Shown here piece by piece: positions 22,846 to 34,435 of a DNA stretch of 64,000 nucleotides (its first letter is position 1; every line of letters begins with the position of its first letter). Under the pieces are notes generated by a model that saw nothing but the letters and a program-made list of their open reading frames with translations, was not told where the DNA came from and made no database searches. Position numbers and translations under genes: made by a program. Source of the DNA: Octopus sinensis (Eukaryota); contig NC_043002.1 in the NCBI RefSeq assembly GCF_006345805.1, positions 35,526,001 to 35,590,000 of the forward strand. Reading direction: 5' to 3'.

Positions 22846-24200
22846 AATATTATTCGTGAATTGAAGAAATGGAGTTGAACGAAGATTGAACAGAAATCGT
22901 TTTATTGCATTCTACACGTGTTTCGAAAGGCACAATTTACCAAATTCCGATTGAATAAGGAGACCATATTGTGTCTTTCTCTTCAGGAAGAAATAGGAAA
23001 TCCGTTGGAAAAAACAAAAACAGAACAGAGGCGGAACAAAACAAATCGAACGAGGCTCCTAAGAGCCCATGGCCAAACTGTTTATCAATGTATGTTGAAA
23101 AACTGGTGGTGGGTGCATTGAAGGTTTTGACGGGTCAGGCAGCGGTCATTCCGGTGCTTAGATGTTCTTTGTGACCGAGACTAAAGTTCTGACTATTTAA
23201 AGAATATTAGGTGTATTATATGGGGCGAGACAAAATCTACTTAGAAACATGTGTGTGTGTGCTGTTCTATGTGTTCGTATGTGCGTTTGATCACGTGGCC
23301 GTCAGTTGGTAAACAGCCCTACCCACTGGTCACTGCTGTAAAATCCCTCGGGTGGCAGAAAGAAATTTTTTATGTGTGCGTGTGTTCGTCTAAACCTGCC
23401 TTGTCAAAGAAACCCCCCGTCGTCAAGACAAACCCCCATTCGTCTCCCAGGAGTAATTCCCCTTGCAATGGTTAATCATATTTCTCTTAAAGGTTATTCA
23501 GAATTTATTTCCAAGGGCTATTTTCATATAAGTAGTGTAACCGGGTGCAGGTATTATTTATTTATAAGCAAGATAAGTATAACGCCGCCAGTGGGGGCAT
23601 CGAAAAGCCAACTGTAAAAGTCCGTTTACCATCCGGTCTCTGGCGAACAATATATGGAAGAGTTCGGAGACACAAAGGTTGCAACAAAGGTTGACCAGTG
23701 GGTAGGGCTGTTTACCAACTGACCAGTGGGTAGGGCTGTTTACCAACTGACGGCCACGTGATCAAATGCACATACGAACACATAGAACAGCACACACACA
23801 CATGTTTCTAAGTAGATTTTGTCTCGCCCCATATAATACACCTAATATTCTTTAAATAGTCAGAACTTTAGTCTCGGTCACAAAGAACATCTAAGCACCG
23901 GAATGACCGCTGCCTGACCCGTCAAAACCTTCAACGCACCCACCACCAGTTTTTCAACATACATTGATAAACAGTTTGGCCATGGGCTCTTAGGAGCCTC
24001 GTTCGATTTGTTTTGTTCCGCCTCTGTTCTGTTTTTGTTTTTTCCAACGGATTTCCTATTTCTTCCTGAAGAGAAAGACACAATATGGTCTCCTTATTCA
24101 ATCGGAATTTGGTAAATTGTGCCTTTCGAAACACGTGTAGAATGCAATAAAACGATTTCTGTTCAATCTTCGTTCAACTCCATTTCTTCAATTCACTAAT

Positions 24201-24206
<6 letters not shown>
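22846..24206. mobile_element. 1.36-kb fold-back element: 487-bp inverted arms (22846-23332 and 23720-24206) with a ~390-bp spacer
   Basis: The arms are reverse complements with about three substitutions by eye; this explains the mirrored ORF pairs in the track. A 28-bp tandem duplication lies at the inner end of the right arm (23692-23747). Confidence 0.85.
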
Positions 24207-24236
<30 letters not shown>

Positions 24237-24242
24237 ATATAT

Positions 24243-24400
24243 GATGGGCTTCTTTCAGTTTACATCTACCAAATCCACTCACAAGGCTTTGGTTGGCCCG
24301 AGGCTATAGTAAAAGACACTTCTCTAAAGTGCCATACAGTGGGAGTGAATCCGGAACCATGTGGTGGGGAAGTAAGCTTCTTACCACACAGCCACTCCTG
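24243..24400 (-). mobile_element. tRNA-derived SINE (second family)
   Basis: Reverse of GCTGTGTGGTAAGAAGCTT...CATGGTTCCGGATTCACTCCCACT...CCAAAGCCTTGTGAGTGGATTTGGTAG; related copies near 13415, 25581, 34830, 43365, 59000 and 60590. Confidence 0.8.
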
Positions 24401-25084
24401 GCAGTCTTGAGATTAACCAGACGAAACTGATGTTATCTTAAAACAAACTTAAGTTCCTTCATGCGCATTTACTATTCGTCACCTATTCATTTATTCAAGT
24501 TTGTCACATTGTCACTTATTTCTCTAATTCTGTCACAGATTGGCTGACCGAAAATTCTAAGATTTTTCAATTCTGTTTTATTATTATTATCAGCATTTGC
24601 TGTTTCATTAAATTATGTTACCCCAAATTCCAAAAGAATATTGTTCTCTCTTGTGTTCTATCCTTGACCAGTCTAACTCTGGCTCTCTCTCACTCTATAT
24701 CACTCTCTGTCTCTGTCTCTCTGTTTCAATAACCACTTGCCTCGCCAACACTTCCCCCTCCTCCACCACCAAATCCTATATAAACTAGCGCATGGACTTG
24801 GATTCTACTACTTCATTTTAATAACTCCGCTGAAAGAATACGAACCCAGAAGATGCTTTTCCCTAATTTTGCTATTTCGTGGTACTCCCACCTTCCGACC
24901 CCCACCACCTGTACCAGAAGTCGCATTCCTCTGTCATCCTTTGGTTGTCTCCCATGAACATTTCTAAAGGCTTAATGCCATCCCCACCCCTACATAGGGT
25001 TTATCTCCTATGTAAGGTAGGTTTCTTATAATGCATGAAAATGATGGTGTAGAGTATGCAGGTTGAAGGCTATTGTTTGTTTAT

Positions 25085-25235
25085 GAATTCTGCCAAATGC
25101 GAGGACGCTGCTAGAATAAGAATAGCCTGGGCAAAGTTCAGAGAGCTCCTACCTCTGCTGGTGACAAAGGGCCTCTTACTCAGAGTAAAAGGTAGACTGT
25201 ATAACGCATGTGTACGAACGGCCATGCTACATGGG
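25085..25235 (+). mobile_element. RTE ORF2 fragment
   Basis: [41 protein letters not shown]. Confidence 0.85.
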
Positions 25236-25546
25236 CTTCACCCTCTTGTACTATCTTATATCCCTCCCCATCACTACACACTCAATAACACTATAAAATG
25301 GTCAAAATTTTTCCACAGGAACTTAGTTCCATTTGAAAAATCCACCAGAATGGACGAAAGCGCTAATATATGATATATGATATAAGTTATATGATGTATA
25401 AAAACATGTAATGTACAAATAAATATCTGTAAATATAAAACCATCCAAATTTCTGAGTACCTCATTTCTTCTAATATATATATGTGAGTGTGTATATATA
25501 CATACATACATACATATATATATATATGTGTGTGTGTGTATATATA

Positions 25547-25580
<34 letters not shown>

Positions 25581-25725
25581 CTATAGTCTTGGGCCAACCA
25601 AAGCCTTGTGAGTGGATTTGATAGGTGGAAACTGAAAGAAGCCTGTCATACATACATGTATATTTGTGTGAGTGTGTGTGTCTGTTTTTGTACCCCCACC
25701 ATTGCTTGACAACCGATGTTGGTGT

Positions 25726-25923
25726 GTTTAACCGATACCTTGGTAGCAAAAATCACAGCAGAAGACAGCACGGTTGGAGGTACAACCATATGGTGTTGCA
25801 ACCGTGCGTTGGTGCGGATAATTGAATTTTAATATTATTCGTGAATTGAAGAAATGGAGTTGAACGAAGATTGAACAGAAATCGTTTTATTGCATTCTAC
25901 ACGTGTTTCGAAAGGCACAATTT
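25726..25923 (+). repeat. 198-bp direct copy of 22741-22938 inserted within a SINE
   Basis: GTTTAACCGATACCTTGGTAGC...AAAGGCACAATTT matches at both sites; flanked by SINE body on both sides. Confidence 0.9.
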
Positions 25924-27329
25924 GTCGATTTGTTCAACTAATGGCGGTGCTCCAGCATGGCCACAGTCAAATGACTGTAACAAGTAAAAGAATAAATAAC
26001 TATGTCATTTTAATCCCGAGCAATGCCGGGTATATCTGCTAGTCGCTTATAAATCTAATGTCAACCAAGTAGAATGTAGTGAAACAATTACAAACCCCAC
26101 AACATCCCATCTCAAGAAGTTCTGTACACTGCCATTGCTTTTCCTAACACTATTTCCCAAATCTCTCACATTTAAGGCACTTCCTTTTATGAGTCCTCTC
26201 TTGTATTGATTTCCAAATCCAATGCCACCTCCACCATCGAAACTTGTATGTCAAGCGAGACTGTATCATCAGGCCAGGATGTTGCAATATGACTTGGAAA
26301 AAACAAGTGCTTTTTACAAATCAATCTGTATCATCCTGTCTTTGGTGTCATTCAGAAGTTTGGGCCTTGGCTTTCCTTTGTTTACAATCCTGCATTGCAT
26401 TTTCTCTCCTTCCCTGTGACAAACAATCGGATACACTTGATGTTCATTTCATCACACTGATGATATTACCTGCTCTTTTACTGCACTAACAAGGATGTTC
26501 AAGACTTGATTATACTGTTGGGGGTGATTTGCTTTAATGATACGTACACACCACATTAATAATTAGTTGTGTAAATCACAAAACTCAGCATAAAATATTC
26601 TCTATAGCTTCTTCATGATCTGCTGGAGTGGCTCTTGGCAGAATTCTGGTTTAAACACTCCATATAACCCTTCATAACTGTTTGATTTTTTTGAATTTTC
26701 AAAACATATTTGTGAATTTGTGTTCCACACACGAGACTTCGTACAATTATGAAAAAGATTTAAGAAAAATCTTTTGAATTTTTATTTTTAAATCACAGAT
26801 AGTTCGAATTTATTTACTTAAATCTCAGCAATAGACCATTAAATGTGTTTATGGGGAGAAAGATATTGAAAAGTATCATCATTACGTAAGAGTGACATGA
26901 CAAAGAAAGAAGGCAAGTATCAAATGGTCGTGAGATGTGCTCAAAATAACAGCTAAATAGTCCTTAGATAAGACAAAATTTTTTGAGGTTTTTTCATAAT
27001 TGCCTGAATTCTTGTGTAGAATACAGATTCACAAAAATTTTCAGAAAATTCCCCAAAATAAAAAAAAAGTTATATGAGGGTAACTTAAAGAGAATCCCAC
27101 CTGGCTCTCTTCCTGGTACATTTATGCACTATGCAGTTGAAGAGAAGATATTATTGAAATTAGTCTTACTCATTTTGCCCCAGTTTATACATCAGTTTTT
27201 GAAGATTGAAAATTATCAAATTAGACATTAGTGTGGAAAAAAAAAAAAAAATGACTAGAAACCCAACAGAGAAAAGAATTTGGATAGTTGAACACCAAAA
27301 AAATATCTAGATATTTTATTAGCGGGTCA

Positions 27330-28190
27330 AAGTTGAGGAAAGATTTGACGAAGGAGGGGGAGGAGAAGATGCCAGCAGTGTGCCATCTCCATGGAGGTTA
27401 CAGCAGGTGAGATGTCTACCCTGGTGGATGGCAGACTTTGACATGGAGTGAGGTGATGAGGTGATCTTTGAGATCACAGTTATGGGGTGGGGCTGAGGTG
27501 GTCACGAATATAGGGTCAGTGACGTCATGTGAACGACTGAGAAACCTTGCTAGAAGAAAAGGAGAGAGGGAGGTCATGTGAGAAGATGCACGACCAGCGT
27601 GGGACTCTTTTTTGGGAGGGCTGTCGTACTAGACAAATATATGTGGCTGTGTGAGTTGAGGAAATTTATTGTTAGGTTCTGGCCAGAAGTTAGGCAGGGA
27701 GGGTTCCTACGTCTGGAAAGGATCAACGCTGCAAGATAGGTGTATTATGCCCCCACCCATATCACAGTCCATTGTGAAGATCGTCCAGTCACATTCCTTT
27801 GGCAGGGAAGTATAGATAGTATTTATTTATCTGGTGGTTGTTTGATGGATTAGATTCAAAGGGCTGAGGACAGACACTCACCTCTTTGGAAACTTTTCAG
27901 GTGTAACTTGAAAAGGTAAGTGGGGGTGGAGAGAGGAATGCTGTTTCCCAGTAAGAGTGGGTGAGAGTGGTGAGCATGGCTCGAGTGACTAGGTCTACAC
28001 TGAGCATATGCCTGTATGTTGAAGCACAAGTAGCAGTTACTTGCCCTTGTTGTCAGATCAACTGTGGCTTTTGGGGTTTTCCAAGTGTAGCTCTCAGAAG
28101 TCTCCTCCCTTTTGGGGAATTTTCCTTGTTTGGATTTTTTTTTGTTATCTTTACTGATTACACACCTTTTGGGGGCATTCTTTCATCTTT
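27330..28190 (-). mobile_element. Highly decayed LINE ORF2, apurinic-endonuclease region
   Basis: GC-richer block with remnants resembling APE motifs (FNI, ..VG....H, FLN....PT, DLPL, AIHQGR); many stops. Clade not assignable. Confidence 0.4.
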
Positions 28191-28550
28191 AGCAGCATAA
28201 TTGTCAAATTCGATCAGTTGATTGTTCATTAATTCCCATAAATTTTTTATTTATTTACTTTTGTTGTCATGAACCGTGGAAGGTAACATTTGCTTTGAAG
28301 TGAGAGGAGAAAGGGAAAGATGCATGTACGTGTATATGAAAGATAGTGGATGTACGTGTGCGTATTTGTGTGCATGTATGCGCACACAAACACACACTAA
28401 CATCCATTATCTTTCATATACCTCTTTTTTGTATGTGTGCATGTGTAAGAGAGGGAGTGTGTTCTCATCTTCCGATTCATAATAACAAGATTTCTAAAAA
28501 TAGAAAAATCCATTATCATTTGTTGTTGTTGTCGCACGTCATTTTGGTAG

Positions 28551-29310
28551 AGGTAAAGAATATGCATACTGTCCGTTTTCGGCGTAACAAAAACCCTAAC
28601 CCTAAACGGTAATTTTTCAAAGTAATACTACCACGATTTTCACAAAGAAAAAAAAAAACTTGGATTTTTTGTGTGGAATCAAGAACCCTGACCTTCTAAT
28701 ATGCTGCGAATCCCTTATTTTGGTTCGGAAAAGGGGACATTCCCCCCTCCAGGTCCCGGATTCATTGGAATTTTTTTTGTTGAATGAATTCCTGTGACAT
28801 CCTAATATGCTACAAAACCCTTTTTGGGCTCCAAAAAGCGGGGTGAGGTAGAAGCCTCGGAAATTTCATCCACCGCACCCCATCCCCATTGATCTTTTCA
28901 GGGTTAGGGAAACCCGTCCTGGATTCATCGGGAAAATTTTTTTCCTTAGTGAAATCGTGCTGGTAAAAAGATCAATGAGGGTAGGGGTGAGTGAAATTTC
29001 CGAGGCTTCCACCTCACGGCACTCCGTTTTTCGCACCCCCAAAAGAGTTTTGTCGCATAATAGGATGTCATAGGAATTCATTCAACGAAAGAAAAAAAAT
29101 TCCCAATGAATCCAGGACCGGGGGTGGGGTCCCACCCACCTTGGGCACCTTTTTTTCCCGAACCAAAATAAGGGATTTGCAGCATATTAGGAAGTCTGGG
29201 TACTTGATTCCACGCAAAAAATCCGAGTCCCCCCCCCCCTTAGTGAAAATCGTGCAGGTGTTACTCTGAAAAATTACCCCCTAAACACCGGGTGTGCGTA
29301 TTCTTTACCT
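28551..29310. mobile_element. Imperfect 760-bp fold-back element
   Basis: Arms at about 28551-28898 and 28966-29310 are diverged reverse complements (e.g. AGGTAAAGAATATGCATAC / GTGTGCGTATTCTTTACCT; GAAGCCTCGGAAATTTCA / TGAAATTTCCGAGGCTTC). Confidence 0.75.
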
Positions 29311-29732
29311 TCGCCCATCATTTCTAATATCTTTTTAATGCGCAAAGGTTTCAGTGAATAAAATTTCTCTCCCTCCTGCCCTATACTACGGGTTGCTGTT
29401 GCTATTTGGTCCTATATGTCTCTAAAAATGAGGATTACAAGTGTTCCAAAATGTGGAATAGGTGAATAGATGTCGCACATAAATCGAAATTTTCTTTCCC
29501 TTTTTTTTCGAGATTTTTCCACATTTTATAGTATGCTTCAGTTCAAAGCAAATAGGGATAGAATTTTGAAAAATGTTAAATCCATGTTTAACAAACGTTT
29601 CACATCACCTCTATAATATCTTCGGAACATCATTTTTTTTTTTTTTACTTCATTTCGTTTCGTCGTGTTTTATATTTCACGATGATTTTGGGAAATATTA
29701 CAAAAATAAATATTTACTTCTGAACAGTTGTA

Positions 29733-29833
29733 ACTTCCGTTCTTCTCACTACTTGACTTTTAATACCTGCACATGTCAGAGGTAACTTCTATATTTATCT
29801 TCCACACACACCTTTACTATTAATCAGGTAAGT
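29733..29833 (+). promoter_or_regulatory. Candidate anamorsin promoter / non-coding first exon
   Basis: Coding exon 1 begins with a splice acceptor, so an upstream exon is required. Here an ETS-like ACTTCCG (29733-29739) is followed by donors GAG|GTAACT (29782) and CAG|GTAAGT (29828). Inference only. Confidence 0.3.
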
Positions 29834-30085
29834 GATAGAAGTAGTGTTTTATTGATCTAATGATATAGACTCTTTTGATCTAACGATATATATAATTGCA
29901 TTTATACCTCCAGATATTTTGATAATAATAATAATAATGAAATTATTGTATACAGTATTGATACACTAGTTAACTAAAATGTGCAAAAATGTTGGTGTTT
30001 TTTTTGCATTATACACTACGAACATAAATTGTAAGAATAAGATAACGATTATTTATCCACTTTATGCACACACACACATACAAAT

Positions 30086-30130
<45 letters not shown>

Positions 30131-32257
30131 CACGTAATTAGTGAATATTGACTCCCAGATTGTTCTTGTATAGGTGACAAGATATGAAATTCTTACATGT
30201 GTCTGTTTTGTTTTTTAATTGGCTTCTGTTCGTATTGCGTATTATAGATGGTAAACTATTCATCGCACCATCACTTGGTTCTTGGTTGTATTCATTTCAC
30301 CTTCACTTAGTTCTTGGTTGCGTTTGATAAGTTTCACTTCGCAAGAATTTGGTGGGGATGGGCATTTCTCCTGCCTGGGGATAATTTCCCATTCTTTCCT
30401 TCCACCTTCTAATAAGGCCCTAATAAAGGTTTTGGACGCCGTCTTCATTGACTAATCCACTGCGTAAGAATATTTTGAATTAGCAGTCATTGTGTAAGGA
30501 CCATCTAGTATGTCTCAATTACGTGCATATTTGTAAACAGCATCATTTTTTTCTCTCCTCTCAAAACCCCCCTATCGATTTTAAAGTTGTCAAAATACTG
30601 AGAAGGTTACCAGAGTTCACAGCCACCTATTTTTTTTTCTGTGGTGTTAAAATAAATATAAATATCGTTAATTTTGGTTTAGTATCTTTAAAACGTTCAA
30701 ATGTGTACATCACCTTCGAGGTTTTTTTCAATGGTTTTTGTGTCAAAAACTTAAGGACTATCGAAATGGTTACTGTGTGGCAACTCTTAATTAGTGAAGC
30801 TTATATGTTTGGATTATAAGTTCGTATACTGGGGGAGAAAAAGAATCTGACGTTTTGGAGGGTCGCCCTTTCATCTGAAAGAGAAAACGAAACTTTTTTT
30901 TAAAGTTCAAACATTAGATTCGTCTCCTCCCTTTTGCCATATACACATCAAATTCACTGTATAATTTTTGCTGACTCAGGCCACCACTTTTTTTTTTTTT
31001 AGCTCTTTCACCTTTTTCAACTATAATCTTTTCCACTCCTTGACACTGATACATCTGTTATTACATAAACATAATTGTGTTATGTAATAATAGCTGTCAG
31101 CCATTTGGTCGAAAATTCAGGAAATAAAAAGCAAAGTAATATTTTCATTTAAAATCTCAGTGATTGAATCATCCTCTCCACCAAACTAAAATATAATATG
31201 CACTTGAAGACTTAAATGTCTGAAGTGAATTGTTTATTATTATCATTTTTTTTTGTCATTTGAGAGTTTATAATATTGCAGTATTTATATCTGCACTAGG
31301 TTTCAGTTCATTCCCCTAACATTGCAAAGTCCAATGACTGACAACTATATTAATAAATGTAAGATTTGTTTCAACTCTCTTATGAAACTTGGCTTTTCAG
31401 AATAGCATAAACTTCAAGCAATCAATTTTCCCCACCTGATAAAGATGAAAACTTTATACTATTGCAGAAAATAGACAAAGTAATATTATTTCATCATGTA
31501 AATCCTATAATCGAGCTTTTACTTTAAAATTTTTACTACCACAAAAATTGTTTAGGTTTTGTTATGAACATAAGTTTTAAGTTGAAAGTTTGTTAGTGTT
31601 CAAGGCTGAAAGCAATCTTTTTAACAAATGTAATCTTTTTTTTTTATTTATAACAGATATGTAGCTGGGTGTATTGACCTGTAGTTAAGGAGTTTGGTTT
31701 ACAATCATGAGTGAAATTATGTAGATGGAATCACCTGTGAAAGCTTGTTCATGAACCACACCTGTAATTCAAGGACTGGTACTACATTGATTCTACTTAA
31801 GAATTATGTTAAGGGTCCCCAACCAGCTTAATACTAACCTGATCCCTTATTAACAAAATTCTAAAGCACAGTTAAAATCTGGAGAGGCTTTTGTGAAGTC
31901 ATTTACATGATGTAGGAATCACCAAATGAAATATTTGTTTTAATTTATTTGAATTTTTTTTATAGATCCTTTGGTGCTTATCATTTTGGTAGGAAAGTTT
32001 CAGTTAGGTTTTAAACATAAGTTGTTACCCCTCAAACAGAATTGCATGGCTAATTGCAAGAATGTAAACTTTCAGCTTATATCATTGAGTAAACAGTATA
32101 TTATCAGATCAATTCCGATTAGGTATGCTTTAAGAAGAAATTACAAGTGACTACTCTTGAATTACAAATGTTGGGCAACAGTCTTATCATATTTGAGGAG
32201 TTTTCAGAAAGGCATACATTTCTTAAGTTAATGAGGATTTAGTTTAGATACAATGTT

Positions 32258-32560
32258 GACCTTGCACCCTCTCCTGACCTTGCACCCTCTGATTTTCACC
32301 TCTTCCCAGCCATGAAGTTGTTTTTGAAAGGAAAGCGTTTCCCAGATGATGCAGCCTTGATTTCTGAAGTCACGTCGTGGTTGGAGGACCAAGCTGGGGT
32401 CTTCTACAAAAACGGTCTTCAGAGCTGCATCAAACGATGGGAGAAATGCGTAACTCTGGGTGGTTCCTATGTAGAAAAAGACTAATAACTGTTCCAAGTT
32501 TCGTTGCTCTACTGCTATGGGAAGTGGGTCAGGGGCATTACTTATTGAACACCCCTCGTA
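32258..32560 (+). mobile_element. Mariner 3' fragment with terminal inverted repeat
   Basis: SPDLAPSDFHLFPAMKLFLKGKRF...RWEKCVTLGGSYVEKD* followed by TTATTGAACACCCCTCGTA. Confidence 0.92.
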
Positions 32561-34214
32561 ACTTTTAACTTATCGAGTAATTTTTAAAAGAATTTACTAG
32601 TCATAAAAATTGTATGATCCAGAGTTATAAAATCTTAGAAACAGGTTAAAATATAATTGCTTTCTATATTTTAATAGATCTACACTTTCTAGATAAGTTT
32701 GATTAAACTTTTTTCAGAATATTAAAAATTAAAGTCAAACAGGTATGACTAGGTGTCTTTCTTTTATAAAGACAGTAGTGTATAATTTGAAGAAATTTTG
32801 CTTATATCTCCTTGCAGGTTAAGTCAAGACATAGAAGTTCTTTGTTAGCTAGTAAAACAGGATGATCATGGATGGGTTGCATTTGATCATTTGTCTGCTT
32901 GATGGGTTGTGACTGATATATACAGTTAATCAACAATATTTAAACTTAAGTAAACAATGCATCATTTTTGAAAAAGTGTATTCAGTTTGCATGGGTTTAC
33001 ATGATCTGAAAATGAGCTATCATCATCAATATTCTTTTCACAAATGTATTTATTAATGTTAAGGTGTAAGGGCAGGTAATGAGATAAAGGTAAGAGGAGG
33101 TGTTGGATGGCAATAGAGGTAACTTGGGAGAGAGTGTGCTGTGAGTGGAGAGATTGTTCATTAACCTTTGTTTTCCTTGACTCCTCTCTCTCTGTCCTCT
33201 CCACTGCTTCCTCATTTGTGATGCTTTTGCACTTATCACTTTTCTCTCTTGTTTCCTGCCGTACTTCCCCAGACTCTCCTCTAACTTGTCATTCTCTCAT
33301 TACCCATTTACAGTGATCACTTTAAGGCCTTGTACTTGAAAATTACAAGGTAGTCATCACTAGTGCTGGTACCATAAAAAAAGCACCCAGTACACTCTGT
33401 AAAATGGTTGGTGTTGGAAAGCGCATACTGGTGCATGATGCAGTCCTCTCATTCATTAGATGCTGTTATAACACCCAGTTTATGCCACTATGGAAGCTGG
33501 ATGTTGAATGATGATGATGAGATATTTCATATCTTGCAAGATCCTTGATGTGGAGTCACTTGTTTAATTAGATACTGTTGTACTTTCAGAGAGTTGTACT
33601 GTTACTAAAACACATGCATTGGCAATATTTCATTTCTGTTTTATTATCAATTAATAATCAAATTGGCAGTCATTAAAGCTTGGGATAAAATGCCACATGT
33701 TATGTTGTTTCAAATTTATACACTTTGAGTACAAATCCTACTTTATCTTTCAACATTTCAAGCTCAGTAAAACTATATCACTTCAGGGCAGTGAAGTGAA
33801 TCAGTGAAATTGTAAGACGACTAGATACCTTGTGGTATTTGTTCTGGTTCATTGCATTCTGTGTTCAAATCTTGCCAAGGCTCTATTTGGGTGATGCACT
33901 TAATCTTAGTTTAATGTGACCAGCTGACACCTTGAGTGTCTGTCTCAGAAGCCTGGTAAAATGTTAGTGGCACTGCCTTCCCTCCTAACGAAATTAATTG
34001 GTTTGTCAAAGTTCTTTTGCTTAATATGAGTGAGTCAAGCATTCACTGAAAGTACCCAGAAATAAAAAGAAGAGGGCTTCCAGAGGCAGATCCCTTAGTC
34101 AACTTATAAATCGCTTAGGTTTTAAAATAGAAATAAAGAAATGAAAAGAACTTTTCACTCATATTAAGCAACTGCATACCTACTTTTGCCCATTCCTGTA
34201 TATCCCTCACACAA

Positions 34215-34435
34215 AGTGGTGAGTTGGCAGAATTGTTAGCATGTCAGGCAAAATGCTAAGTGGCATTTCGTCTATCTTTACGTTCTGGGTTCAAATTCTG
34301 CTGAGGTCATCTTTGCCTTTTATCCTCTTAGGGTCTATAAAATAAAGTACCAGTTGGGCACTGGGCCAGAGTTGATATAATTGACTTAGACCCTTCCCCA
34401 AAATTCCTGGCCCTGTGATAAAATTTGAAACCAAT
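34215..34435 (+). mobile_element. tRNA-derived SINE
   Basis: GTGGTGAGTTGGCAGAATTG...GGGTTCAAATTC...ATAAAATAAAGTACCAG. Confidence 0.8.

Noticed and set aside
22918-24134. Four 67-aa ORFs forming two mirrored pairs
   Set aside because: They are by-products of the inverted arms, with no recognisable domain.
28591-28602. CCCTAACCCTAA as an interstitial telomere
   Set aside because: Only two units, inside a fold-back element.
30257-30448. 62-aa minus-strand ORF with an acceptor-like site and a 32-bp tandem duplication (30257-30320)
   Set aside because: No motif, no partner exons and no donor, so it cannot be supported as a gene.
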